Shown one piece after another: positions 9,366 through 19,269 of a DNA stretch of 53,689 nucleotides. The stretch comes from an uncultured archaeon (GTDB lineage Archaea; Asgardarchaeota; Hermodarchaeia; Hermodarchaeales; Hermodarchaeaceae): positions 73,768 to 127,456 of the forward strand of contig CAYFXC010000008.1 in assembly GCA_964347045.1 (NCBI GenBank), given 5' to 3'. Numbering within the stretch: position 1 is the first letter of the stretch; each line of letters opens with the position of its first letter. The position numbers were made by a program, and so were the translations under genes. Under the pieces are notes generated by a model. It was given only the letters and a program-made list of their open reading frames with translations, was not told the origin of the DNA and ran no database searches.

Positions 9366-10715
9366 CTATTTTTTACTTTTTCGCATTCGTTGAATAAATG
9401 AGAGGGTCTCTTCGATTTCTCGCTCTCGAGCTTCAATAAGTGGCCACAAACTTAGCCCTAAACCTTCTCCCGAAATTTCTGCAAACAAATCAATGAAAAG
9501 CCCAACTTGGTATGCATACATGTTAGATACAGTCTGTGACGGGCGCCCATGTTTGATGTGAAATTCAACAAGAGCATAATCACTCCACCTACGATAGGTT
9601 TCGTTCTTCCAAAGTGTTGCCGCATCAAGTGGAAAATGCATTAGGGCATTTTTCTTTCCAATATTTGGAAAAAGAAACGGAGCTTGAAATGGATTCTGAA
9701 CATTCCATTCAATATGGAGTAAATCCTGGGTTTTTAAGGGATGTAGCTTACAGGGTATAGCTGTATTATCCCGGCGAACCTCAGGAGTAGTGAGAGCATA
9801 GGCATGCCATTTTCTAGGTACATGCAAAGCAATTGGACTATCAGCGCTCTGTAAATTATCAATATGACTAACACGAAGGTCATTAGGAACTTCTTGGTAG
9901 TGATAGCTACCCCCGAAAGCTTTAGTCATGTAATCAGCCATGGGATTGAAGTCATCTGGAGAAATCTGCAAATCTTTACTGTCCCAGTTAATAAAAGATC
10001 GAATGGTATGACCAGGTCGTTTACCTTTTAGAATAGGCTGAGCACCATAATCAGCATTAAATGTCACAATTAGGGGTTCAAAGGTTTTCCCGTCCTTCCT
10101 AACTATTACATAAACGGGTTCATAGTCATACAAATGCCGGGGGAGAAGCTGAATAGGCCAATAAGTAAAATATTGGATGCAGTATATGTTCTTATCTGCG
10201 GGATCTCGACTAACTCGAAACTTGATTACACAAGTCGGTGTATCTTCAGAGGGAAAGATGCTCGAGAAGAGGCTACGAACATATTCCTGGAATTGTACTG
10301 AGTATTCAGATCGAAGGCGGTTCCGAATCTGATCAAGTACTCCATGCATTTCTCTATCCCATGGTATATCACTTTCAGGTAGATCAACGCCTAATACCGC
10401 GAGTTTTGCACCAGTTAGATTCTGAGGGAAATCACCAAGACAAAATAGAAATAACGTATCCGCGATCCCAGCAAAATCGTCACCACGAATTCGTTTCCTT
10501 AACGCAGCGAACCTTCCTTCAGACACTGATAGACCCAAATTCTTTGCGAGATCTTCTTTTTCCTCTTTGAATAAGCGCATATCTACATATAGCTTTGGAC
10601 AAAATTGTTGGGCGAGACGATGTTCTTCATCAGTTGGTTTTTTTAGAGCTGGTTTGAATCCTGCTAAAGGAAACGCCTTTTTCCACCGATTGATAACTAA
10701 TTCTGATAATTTCAT
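9366..10715 (-). CDS. Hypothetical protein, possible Vps62/NPP1-like fold
   Basis: 449-aa ORF; LAQQFCPKLY and IQYFTYWP..HLYDYEPVYV resemble the P-x-L and Y..H-x-x-D-W-E motifs of Vps62/NPP1-like proteins. Confidence 0.6.
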   Translation of the reverse strand: MKLSELVINRWKKAFPLAGFKPALKKPTDEEHRLAQQFCPKLYVDMRLFKEEKEDLAKNLGLSVSEGRFAALRKRIRGDDFAGIADTLFLFCLGDFPQNLTGAKLAVLGVDLPESDIPWDREMHGVLDQIRNRLRSEYSVQFQEYVRSLFSSIFPSEDTPTCVIKFRVSRDPADKNIYCIQYFTYWPIQLLPRHLYDYEPVYVIVRKDGKTFEPLIVTFNADYGAQPILKGKRPGHTIRSFINWDSKDLQISPDDFNPMADYMTKAFGGSYHYQEVPNDLRVSHIDNLQSADSPIALHVPRKWHAYALTTPEVRRDNTAIPCKLHPLKTQDLLHIEWNVQNPFQAPFLFPNIGKKNALMHFPLDAATLWKNETYRRWSDYALVEFHIKHGRPSQTVSNMYAYQVGLFIDLFAEISGEGLGLSLWPLIEAREREIEETLSFIQRMRKSKK

Positions 10716-10826
10716 GTTTGAGTCTCCGGCGTCTCAACCCACGAATAGCATGGAAACGAGTAATTATCTATTTTTGGGTTAGCTTTGAGCTTTTCTTGCT
10801 TATGATAGAGAGGATTTTATTTTAAC

Positions 10827-11786
10827 ATGTATCGATTACTAGAACTTGTGAATGATATTACAATTGAACGAATTAATCCCTTATCTGATCTTCCAGAACT
10901 TGTTTCGCTTAATCGAAAGGATACAGAAACTAGTGAAGGCATCGATCCCCAAGAATGGCAGCAACTTTCTCGCATGGAACGTTGGCAACAAGGAGGTCCT
11001 TGGCTCGATCGACAAACCTTGGCGCTTCATTTAGACGTAATGGAAGAAGCAGGCGGAATAATCTTAATTGCGCGAACCCCGGAATTACTTGTTGGCGAAT
11101 TAGAACTCCTTTTTGAAAAACATGTCAGTGACATAACTAAGGCTTTTATCACCTGGATGGTCGTGCATCCAGGATTTCGACATCAGGGAATCGGATCACA
11201 ATTGATCAACCATGCAATAAAATTGGCTAGAAATCAAGGTTGTAAACAGCTCTTTACAACAACGGAAAATCCAGATGCTTCACACTTTTTTGAAGCTAAT
11301 AAATTTAAAATTATTGACCAAGAAGCACAATTTTCGAAGACTCTAAAGCCCTTCCGTAAACCACCATCGCCAAATATTCAAAAAATCTCGCTGCAATGGA
11401 AGCAACGTGAACACACCCCAATGGGCTTTGTACCGAGTATCGGAGTTAATTATACCTCAGAATATATCTGGAGTTACCTACGCAACACAGATCATTTATA
11501 CAGTATGTTAACAATTGATGTCCCCCGACCACAACTATGGTTATTGCGTCAAATAGAGAAAGAAGCTCTAACCGTAGATTACCCATTTCTTCGGATTTGG
11601 TTAGCCGAAGCCAACGCGCAAGATACAGATTTCCTTATATCCGTTTTAACCGTCACTGAATATTTGAGCTGGAAAAATGGAGTGACAAAATTATCTGCAT
11701 TTTCGCATAGAGACAAGTATGAATTTCTCAAAGCGAACGGGTATCAACTTAAGCAGGAACACCCTTTCCTAATGCTAGCAATTTAG
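10827..11786 (+). CDS. GNAT N-acetyltransferase
   Basis: Motif A VHPGFRHQGIGSQL; ASHFFEANKF. Confidence 0.85.
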   Translation: MYRLLELVNDITIERINPLSDLPELVSLNRKDTETSEGIDPQEWQQLSRMERWQQGGPWLDRQTLALHLDVMEEAGGIILIARTPELLVGELELLFEKHVSDITKAFITWMVVHPGFRHQGIGSQLINHAIKLARNQGCKQLFTTTENPDASHFFEANKFKIIDQEAQFSKTLKPFRKPPSPNIQKISLQWKQREHTPMGFVPSIGVNYTSEYIWSYLRNTDHLYSMLTIDVPRPQLWLLRQIEKEALTVDYPFLRIWLAEANAQDTDFLISVLTVTEYLSWKNGVTKLSAFSHRDKYEFLKANGYQLKQEHPFLMLAI

Positions 11787-11789
11787 TTA

Positions 11790-14162
11790 TTAAGAATGGA
11801 TAATGCGACCATTTGCCATCCGATATTGATGTTCTGACGCTGATAATACCGCAACCTGATGACTCACTACAATAATCTGTTGGAAGGTTCGAGACAATTC
11901 GTCTTTTAATAGTCGGATAATATTATCACGGCGTTGAATATCGGAGCCTCCAAAGGGTTCATCAAGAAGAAGAAACTGGGGTGCGGTTCCCCTACCTTGG
12001 GGGAGAAGAGCAATAGCAAAGCCTAATCGTAGAGCAAGGAGAAATTGGTCTTCGGTTCCACCACTGTACAGGTTGGCTTCAACATATTCCCCAGCTGTTG
12101 AGGAGTATACTTTGAGACTATAATCCTCACTCAGTTTCGGAAACCGATACCTACCATCAGTTATTGTTGCTAAAAGCCGTTCCATAACGTTTACAACACG
12201 AGGGCGAACTTGTTCACGGCCTTTTTCTGCAACTTCACGAATGAGATCGATGACAAGCTGACCAGTTTTGATATTTTCATCAAGTTTCGCAACTTCTCGT
12301 TCTTTTACCGAAAACTCTTCTGCAACACCTTCATTTTCTTTTAAGAGGTTATTTAGTTCGACAATTCGTTCAGCAGTGGTTTTCCGATTGGTCTGCAATT
12401 CGACTTTTCTTTCACGCATCTCTCTAACTTGTTTATCGAGTTTCTCAAAAAGAGCATTCGAATATTTTCCTATATTCTCAGGTAGTGTGGGAAAACTCAA
12501 GGAGGATAACTCGTCATTCAATGCAACAATTTCTAATTTGGTTTGTGCCAAATCTTCTTCCGCTTCAGCCATTCCCTTTATCTGATCTCTAATTGAGCCC
12601 AATTGTGCTGTTATCGAATCTGCACCAGCTTTGAGTTCGAGTAGTTTCTGATCTACAATTCTTACAGTTTCGAGTAAAGTGGATGCATCAGATTCCGCGG
12701 ATATTTTTATTCCTTCGAGAACAGAAGGAGAAAGCTGATTTAGCTGTGAATGAACTTTTTTGCTTTGTGCCATGATTTCTTTGTTTAAATCTTCTTTTCG
12801 ATTTAGTTGTTCTTGAAGTTGATCTTGGAAATTTTCTTTTACTCGATGTTGTGTAATTACCTCGCTCAGCGTTTCTTCGCGTTGTCGAAGTTGGTCTAAT
12901 TTGAGAACATTTCGTCGGAAGAAGTAGTATGTCCTTCCCAAGTAGGCTAGAAAAGGAATTGCACTTATCATTAGGATAATGCCAATTGGGAGATTGAAAA
13001 ATAGGGTAGCAATACCTGCTGCGAGAAGCCCAATGGAGAGGATATAAAGAAATGGAGAAAAAATTCGCTGCTGTCTCGCTTCAGCTTTTTCCCTTTGAGT
13101 TTTGACAGATTCATATTCAACGACAACGTCATCTATTGGACTTAATCCATCGAGCTGAGCTTCCAATTCGGTGATAACTTCAGTTACCATTTGTTTTTCA
13201 TCGACAATAGTTCGTAATTGATTCGAAATTTCTTGTAATTCATCAAACTTCGTTGTATCATCTTCCAAATACTCAAGTTGTTTTTGACGTTTCTTTAGAC
13301 GCTTTTGTTGAGACTGGAGTTTAGATGCGCTAGCTAATTGTTTCATAATTCGCGCCCTAGTCTCATTTCTAAATCCGATTTCTCGTTTCAACTCCTCTTG
13401 CTTATCCTGGATATCTTTGTAAGCCTTAACCCCGGCGTAATCTTTCTCGGTTTGAGCTAGAATTTGACTAATCTGCTTGAGTTGTTGTTCTAGCTGGGTT
13501 AGAACTTGTTGTTTATTTTCTTGCTCACCTATTTGCTTACCATATTCTTCATTGCGATGTTGTAGCTGTTTTAGCACATCTCGTTCCGATTCAAGGGCTT
13601 TTTTCAGTGGACGAATTTCAAGCGCAACTTTGTCGTCGACACGGGAGAAACATTCCCGACCCATCATCGCATTGATGACATGACGTCGCTCCATTTTAGG
13701 CATCTGTGCCAAACGATCTAAATCCTTCTGCAAAACAATATTACTCGCGAGAAGGTCACTGAGGGCAATTCCGTTGAGAAGACCAGTGATTTCTTTATCG
13801 ACGTTTTTTACACCGGTTGCAAGCAAAGTAGTCTGCCCTGATGAACCGATTTTATGCAGCTGCGCTTGAGAAGGACGTTTGCGATGAATTTGACGCGTAA
13901 CTCGATAATTCGTTCCCTCGATTTCAAAAAATAATCGAACAAAAATCCTATCGGCGTCATAGTTGATAAGCCGATCTTTTTGCCCCGTAGGAGCTTTATG
14001 AGTCCGCCCAAAGAATGCAAATAATATTGCCTCAAAGATACTAGACTTTCCTGACTCATTGGGTCCACTGATCGCCAGAATGCCTTGAGGGAAGGTGATA
14101 TCAACATCAAGATGTTTGAAATCTCGTGCGATAAGTTGTCTAAGAATAACCACCTTCACCAA
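11790..14162 (-). CDS. rad50: Rad50/SbcC SMC-like ATPase with a central hydrophobic hairpin instead of a zinc hook
   Basis: Walker A GPNESGKS, Q-loop IVLQKD, long coiled coils, signature LYSGG, Walker B LLLDEP, H-loop VSH; start overlaps the end of mre11. Confidence 0.9.
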   Translation of the reverse strand: MVKVVILRQLIARDFKHLDVDITFPQGILAISGPNESGKSSIFEAILFAFFGRTHKAPTGQKDRLINYDADRIFVRLFFEIEGTNYRVTRQIHRKRPSQAQLHKIGSSGQTTLLATGVKNVDKEITGLLNGIALSDLLASNIVLQKDLDRLAQMPKMERRHVINAMMGRECFSRVDDKVALEIRPLKKALESERDVLKQLQHRNEEYGKQIGEQENKQQVLTQLEQQLKQISQILAQTEKDYAGVKAYKDIQDKQEELKREIGFRNETRARIMKQLASASKLQSQQKRLKKRQKQLEYLEDDTTKFDELQEISNQLRTIVDEKQMVTEVITELEAQLDGLSPIDDVVVEYESVKTQREKAEARQQRIFSPFLYILSIGLLAAGIATLFFNLPIGIILMISAIPFLAYLGRTYYFFRRNVLKLDQLRQREETLSEVITQHRVKENFQDQLQEQLNRKEDLNKEIMAQSKKVHSQLNQLSPSVLEGIKISAESDASTLLETVRIVDQKLLELKAGADSITAQLGSIRDQIKGMAEAEEDLAQTKLEIVALNDELSSLSFPTLPENIGKYSNALFEKLDKQVREMRERKVELQTNRKTTAERIVELNNLLKENEGVAEEFSVKEREVAKLDENIKTGQLVIDLIREVAEKGREQVRPRVVNVMERLLATITDGRYRFPKLSEDYSLKVYSSTAGEYVEANLYSGGTEDQFLLALRLGFAIALLPQGRGTAPQFLLLDEPFGGSDIQRRDNIIRLLKDELSRTFQQIIVVSHQVAVLSASEHQYRMANGRIIHS

Positions 14163-15319
14163 CCCCCATACTCTTCAAGGAGCTCTATTCCACGTTCTAA
14201 GGCATTTTGGAGAAGCTTCTTCTTTTCAGGGTTTTTTTCTTGATTGATTCGTTCAAGGACATATTCTCGGTATTCGGTGTTTGGAGGTTTAAGTTCAGCT
14301 TCAGGAACCAAAAAATCTGGATCTGGACTAATGTATTCAAGTTCATCAATAATTTCAGTTGAGAAGCATTTTGCAAATCCGTGGCGTACGACCTCCGAGC
14401 GACGATATAGTTCAGCAGATTTGATTGTCATAACTCCCTTAAGACGGAATCGAAGGATAAGTTGAGGATTACGAAGACGCGTTATTTCTTTGATGAGCAA
14501 TTGATTGATATTCGAGTCTTCGGGAATTGTTACCTCGATAGTTTTCATGGGACGGGTTGCAATAGGAATTTGTTTGAGTTGTTGAACGCCATCGGTGTCT
14601 ATTTCAAGCCAGACAAAACCTTTCTTTTGACCTTCTTCAGAAAAGGTCACATGTTCCGTGCTTCCTGGAGTGCAAATGGTAGTATTCTGGAGTTGTTGTT
14701 TTTGAAAATCATGATTATGACCTGCAGCCAAATAAGTGAGTTTTTTAGGAATCGATTTCAATAGGATATCAGGTTCGTGAGGAAAAGTCCCACGTAATCC
14801 CTCAACGTTATAATGAGCGAGGAGGAGATTCACATCACCTTTTCCAGGAATAGACAATTGTTTCAGAGGGTCTTCTGAAGGTAAAATCAGGGGATTAAAC
14901 GATAACCCTGAAACTTCAACCTCCAGATTGTTAATGGTAATCGTATCGGTTTGGATAGTTTCCCAGTTCTGGAAGAAATTGACAAACCCTGCACGGGCAT
15001 ATTCAAGTAGGGGTGCAACACCATGGCGGCGAGCACGAGGAACATCATGGTTTCCACTGATAATGTAAACAGGAATTTGCTTTTCATGGAGTTTACGGAA
15101 CGCGTCCATAACATGTGCACGGACTGGATTGCGAGGATTTAAGCCATCAAAAAGGTCCCCTGAATGTAGAAAAAGGTCTGGTTTCTTTTCGAGGGCATAC
15201 GTGATGACATCATCAAAGGTTTTTAAGAAGTCTTTTTTTCGTTCATAACGTCTGGCTTGGAATTTTACGCCAGGTATATCCAAATGAGTATCGGATGTAT
15301 GCAAGATTGTAATGGGCAC
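14156..15319 (-). CDS. mre11: Mre11/SbcD nuclease
   Basis: Metallophosphoesterase motifs SDTHL, GDLFD, GNHD, LAH, GHNH, PGSTE; position in the operon. Confidence 0.93.
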   Translation of the reverse strand: MPITILHTSDTHLDIPGVKFQARRYERKKDFLKTFDDVITYALEKKPDLFLHSGDLFDGLNPRNPVRAHVMDAFRKLHEKQIPVYIISGNHDVPRARRHGVAPLLEYARAGFVNFFQNWETIQTDTITINNLEVEVSGLSFNPLILPSEDPLKQLSIPGKGDVNLLLAHYNVEGLRGTFPHEPDILLKSIPKKLTYLAAGHNHDFQKQQLQNTTICTPGSTEHVTFSEEGQKKGFVWLEIDTDGVQQLKQIPIATRPMKTIEVTIPEDSNINQLLIKEITRLRNPQLILRFRLKGVMTIKSAELYRRSEVVRHGFAKCFSTEIIDELEYISPDPDFLVPEAELKPPNTEYREYVLERINQEKNPEKKKLLQNALERGIELLEEYGGW

Positions 15320-15325
15320 AGATAA

Positions 15326-16957
15326 TCAAACCTCGGAGAAGGATCCTTTGAGCTTGGTTTCTTCTTTTCGTTCTCTTACAAGTTGTTGCTCGATTCCTAC
15401 AGCTTTTCGTGCTTTTTTAAGTCGTGCAACTACATCGATGTCCGCTCCACCCTCCTTTGTAAGGCGAGGACGGACTTTCACCATGACAGGAGTGCGTGTA
15501 ATATCACCGACTACTACGGCTTCACCGACATTGAGACCGGGAAGATCCGAGATTAGATCTTCACTTAGTCGTTCAGAGGATTGGGCAATGGCGTTTTGGT
15601 CCCGGGGATTAGTGATTTTTAAAACAATTTGACTATTGCATTGGCTAAGGCTATCAGGATGAATTCGTCCAGGCCTTTGACTGATTAGAAGTAAAAAGAC
15701 GCCAAATTTTCGCCCTTCCTGGGCAATTCGCCGAATGATCGGAGCGGAGTAGGTAAAAGTTTCTGGAGGAACAAAATTGTGGGCCTCTTCAACAACGATG
15801 AAAACCGGATAAGTGAATTCGTCTGTTGCAACTGCTTCAAATACATCTCTTAAAAGTCTGCTAACAATATAATCCGTGCTTCGATTTCCGAGTCCTGAGA
15901 GGTCCATAACAGCGGCGTGATAGGGCTTAATGATTTTTGTGATTGGTACTCCACTTCGTGAAAAAACACGTAGTCGCCGAAGACGATGAATATATTTAAC
16001 TGCATTTCGGGCGCCCGCACGTATATCCTTGCTAGCTTCTTCATTCGTAGAAACGGCATTCAACTCATTTACGATGTCTTCCATGAGATAAACTACTTTC
16101 CGTTCTTTTAACTGATTCAAGGCAGCCTCTAGACCAGCACGAATAATTGTGAACTGCTCCCCTATTCCACAAATACCACATAGTTCATCAAAATCTAAAT
16201 CAGCTAATCGAACAGTATATTCTTCGACTTGTCCAATGTCTTTCTTACTATAGCGACCGGTACTTTCAGGATTTTGAAAAACAGTAACATGATTAGAGAA
16301 ATCGTGCGTTTCGCCTTTATCAGTTTGACTCAGAAAGACATAATCAGCGTGAGGATCGATAATAATAACTGTCGCACCCCGCTGCATTAATTCTTCGATA
16401 AGCACACCTGTGAGATAACTTTTCCCTGCACCAGTCTGGGCTAGAATAGCCACATGACGTCGAAACCCATTGATGCGTATATTAACGGGGATCTGTGGAC
16501 GAGAGATGAGATTACCAACATGGAGGCTGGCTTCAGGGGGATAAGCATAAAACTGGGAAAGAAGGCGATCTGGAGCAATATAGATGGGATTTCCTGGCGT
16601 TACCGCTCTACGGGGGAGTAATATTAGCGGTGGATGTCCTTTCTTGGAAGGAGCAAGGTATCCGAGAACACGGGCAATACCCCATGTTTTGATATCATCA
16701 ATATGTGCTTCTTTGATACGAGTGATGGCTTCATAATCTAAATCTCGACGCAGGGCTAGGCTTTGTGCGGTGATACGCTCGACTTGCGCCAGCACCTCAA
16801 CGGATGTTAACACACCATCTACCAATTCTTCAGATTCAACGGTGAGATATTCAAATTTCGGAGGATACCTTTTCTTTTCACTCGCAAAGTAAAATTCAGT
16901 GGCTTTGGCTTCTTCAACAATAAATCCAACTGGTTCATCTTCGTATGTTTTAGGCAT
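15326..16957 (-). CDS. herA: HerA helicase/translocase
   Basis: N-terminal HAS-barrel-like region, RHVAILAQTGAGKS, IIDPHADY, IVVEEAH, EGRKFG, SQRP, SQCNSQI. Confidence 0.93.
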   Translation of the reverse strand: MPKTYEDEPVGFIVEEAKATEFYFASEKKRYPPKFEYLTVESEELVDGVLTSVEVLAQVERITAQSLALRRDLDYEAITRIKEAHIDDIKTWGIARVLGYLAPSKKGHPPLILLPRRAVTPGNPIYIAPDRLLSQFYAYPPEASLHVGNLISRPQIPVNIRINGFRRHVAILAQTGAGKSYLTGVLIEELMQRGATVIIIDPHADYVFLSQTDKGETHDFSNHVTVFQNPESTGRYSKKDIGQVEEYTVRLADLDFDELCGICGIGEQFTIIRAGLEAALNQLKERKVVYLMEDIVNELNAVSTNEEASKDIRAGARNAVKYIHRLRRLRVFSRSGVPITKIIKPYHAAVMDLSGLGNRSTDYIVSRLLRDVFEAVATDEFTYPVFIVVEEAHNFVPPETFTYSAPIIRRIAQEGRKFGVFLLLISQRPGRIHPDSLSQCNSQIVLKITNPRDQNAIAQSSERLSEDLISDLPGLNVGEAVVVGDITRTPVMVKVRPRLTKEGGADIDVVARLKKARKAVGIEQQLVRERKEETKLKGSFSEV

Positions 16958-18287
16958 GACGAATCCTCCTGTCTCGACGTTTCGGCGTCAATAGAATTTT
17001 CAACTCTTTTTCTACTAATGGTTCATATAATGTTCTCACATCACTCATAGGAAGCCGCGCTTCTTGGTCAGCTTTCACCAAATAGACATTATACAACTCG
17101 CGTCCGCCATATTCTCCACGTAAGGTCCCAAGAACCCTAGTTACACGAGGCGGCGGGGGATCCAGCAGGCGTGATACAGATATCTGAGAAATTCGTGTTG
17201 GGAGCCCAGCATTGAAAGCGGGCATATCAATTCGCATGGGAGTATCATTATAGGCAAACTTGGCGCAAAATGTTACAAAGGTAGGAATTTGAAAGAAATC
17301 TTTCATCACAGGAATAGCCCACTTTTCAAAATCCTCTGCCCGCTCATAATCATCATAAGCGCTTACAAACCGTCGTCTAACATATGCTAGTGGTTTCTTC
17401 GATTCGTATTTGAAGAGGGGCACATCGGGGTACGGTTCAATTGGAGTAGTATACCCCGTAGTTTCTGTCCAAGCACGGATTAGAGAAAAGTCTGGACGCG
17501 GACGCCTAAGCTCGAAAAGTAGATCCCAAATTAAATCATGTTGATCACTACTAATTGAAAGACCCTTGAGGACGCTTCTGGCAGAAATTGATTGTTTCTT
17601 TTCAGTGTCAAATAATTGGGTTAATTGGTCTAAGTCTTTGGGAGAAATCATAGAACTGAGATTTTTTAGAATGTCATTCTTTAATGACTCGAGAAGAATT
17701 CGCGTCAGGTGTCGGGCAACAGAATCTTTGCTAATTCCCAAGATCAAGATTTGGCGTTTCCGGCATTCTTCGAGTAGCTGCATGAATGTCTGTAAATAGC
17801 GTAAATAGAGATCCCTTTCACCTGGATAATTAAAGGCAACTGGTACATGTGTTACTCGTCCATACAAAGAGCCATCTATTAGTATCAGATCTACATCAGA
17901 ACTTTCTTGAACGGCTTGGAGAGCCACTTGATGTTCGATATGTTCGGAGCGTATTCCGGCAAGGTTAATGAGTTGTTCTCGGGGAGAGGCAATTATGTGA
18001 GCATTTGAGGCAATTTTACGATATTTTATACCCCATGATGTGATTGCACATGCCCGGCATATATACATGAAAGAACCGGGTGCATACTCACGGATAGAAC
18101 GCCCACTATCCACAGCGATAACATTAAGATCTAGCTTCTTTTCTTCAGGAATGGGGTGCCATTCTTTTTGAAACGCTGTTTTCAAGAGTCCATCGAGATC
18201 TGTGGATTCTTCGCCAGTAAGTCGACGACGAAAGGTTTCTCGTTTTTCTTGTAACTCTGTTAGGAATAAATCAAGAAAATGTGGCAT
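16950..18287 (-). CDS. nurA: NurA 5'-3' nuclease
   Basis: IAVDSG, ILIDGSL, GISKDS, C-terminal LVKADQEAR; overlaps the herA start by 8 nt. Confidence 0.88.
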   Translation of the reverse strand: MPHFLDLFLTELQEKRETFRRRLTGEESTDLDGLLKTAFQKEWHPIPEEKKLDLNVIAVDSGRSIREYAPGSFMYICRACAITSWGIKYRKIASNAHIIASPREQLINLAGIRSEHIEHQVALQAVQESSDVDLILIDGSLYGRVTHVPVAFNYPGERDLYLRYLQTFMQLLEECRKRQILILGISKDSVARHLTRILLESLKNDILKNLSSMISPKDLDQLTQLFDTEKKQSISARSVLKGLSISSDQHDLIWDLLFELRRPRPDFSLIRAWTETTGYTTPIEPYPDVPLFKYESKKPLAYVRRRFVSAYDDYERAEDFEKWAIPVMKDFFQIPTFVTFCAKFAYNDTPMRIDMPAFNAGLPTRISQISVSRLLDPPPPRVTRVLGTLRGEYGGRELYNVYLVKADQEARLPMSDVRTLYEPLVEKELKILLTPKRRDRRIRHA

Positions 18288-18777
18288 GGTACCTTCGCCC
18301 CACTGTATGCTTCACAGATGCCTGATTTGCACCTTTAAACCTAACCCACACAATATGATAAGTTATTACAGCTTATTGCAGCAATTGAACTTTAAGGAAG
18401 AATTTTTCTCACTACCCAAGTTGTATTGGTTACAAGAGCTAATGTGGGTATTACCGAATTACGTAACCGGCGATAGGTACAATGCAAGTTGACCCGTTTC
18501 ATCACTTCTGATTTAGGCTAACGTTATGAATTTCGTTCTCAATTTATTCTTTTAATTCATTGCACTCTCCGTTGCTACCGAATGGTGTCTATTCATTTAG
18601 TTACACGGAGAGAAGTTTTAATCGGTATAGCAATCATCACTATCATCAATCAAATAATTTGGGTTATTGTTTGTTTCGTTAACCCGATTAATACTTGCCC
18701 ATTTTAGTTAAACAACTAAACTATAAATGATAGAAATATGTAAAACAATACAACCAATAACAGCGTGGTTCTAAACA

Positions 18778-19194
18778 ATGCAATTAGCAGAATTAATTCT
18801 TTTAGTAATCGGTTTCATCATCATTTGGCTATTTGGTTCGCTAGTCCTCTGGTTGGCAGGAAAAGTTGTGTCGGGATATAACGCTAAGTTCACTGATGCA
18901 CTTTTAATCTCACTACTTGGTGCCATCATTGACTATGGCCTAGGGTGGGTAATGGAAAACTTCGTTAATCCAATACTTCCACCAGGTCTAATAGGCTTAA
19001 TTATTGCTACAGTTGTTCCACTAATAATTATCCTTATTGTGTATATCTGGTTAATCATGTATTTCTTTGATACAGGATTCCTTGGTGCTTTGGCTGTTGG
19101 CATACTTTATGTAATTTTCATGATCATTATTGGGATCATTTTAGTAGTCATCGGTGGCATCTTACTACTACTTCTATTGGCGATATTCCCATAG
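18778..19194 (+). CDS. Small, highly hydrophobic integral membrane protein (about 4 TM)
   Basis: 138 aa, almost entirely hydrophobic; TATA-like TATAAA at 18722 upstream. Confidence 0.8.
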   Translation: MQLAELILLVIGFIIIWLFGSLVLWLAGKVVSGYNAKFTDALLISLLGAIIDYGLGWVMENFVNPILPPGLIGLIIATVVPLIIILIVYIWLIMYFFDTGFLGALAVGILYVIFMIIIGIILVVIGGILLLLLLAIFP

Positions 19195-19200
19195 TAACAC

Positions 19201-19246
19201 GGAGGGGAACCAATAGGTTGGCTACCCCTTCCATTTTCCTTTTTTT
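19201..19246 (+). terminator. GC-rich hairpin followed by a pyrimidine/T tract
   Basis: GGAGGGG-AA-CCAA-tagg-TTGG-CTA-CCCCTTCC then ATTTTCCTTTTTTT, 6 nt after the stop of 18778-19194. Confidence 0.6.
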
Positions 19247-19269
19247 GAGCTTAATTATTGCAGTTTTCT

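Noticed and set aside
454-15632. Numerous 60-110 aa antisense or off-frame ORFs inside long genes
   Set aside because: They are shadow ORFs of well-supported genes, with no motifs or RBS.
18202-18492. 96-aa + strand ORF in the long spacer, considered as a RiPP precursor
   Set aside because: It overlaps the nurA start antisense, has no recognisable RBS or motifs, and has no precursor-like composition.
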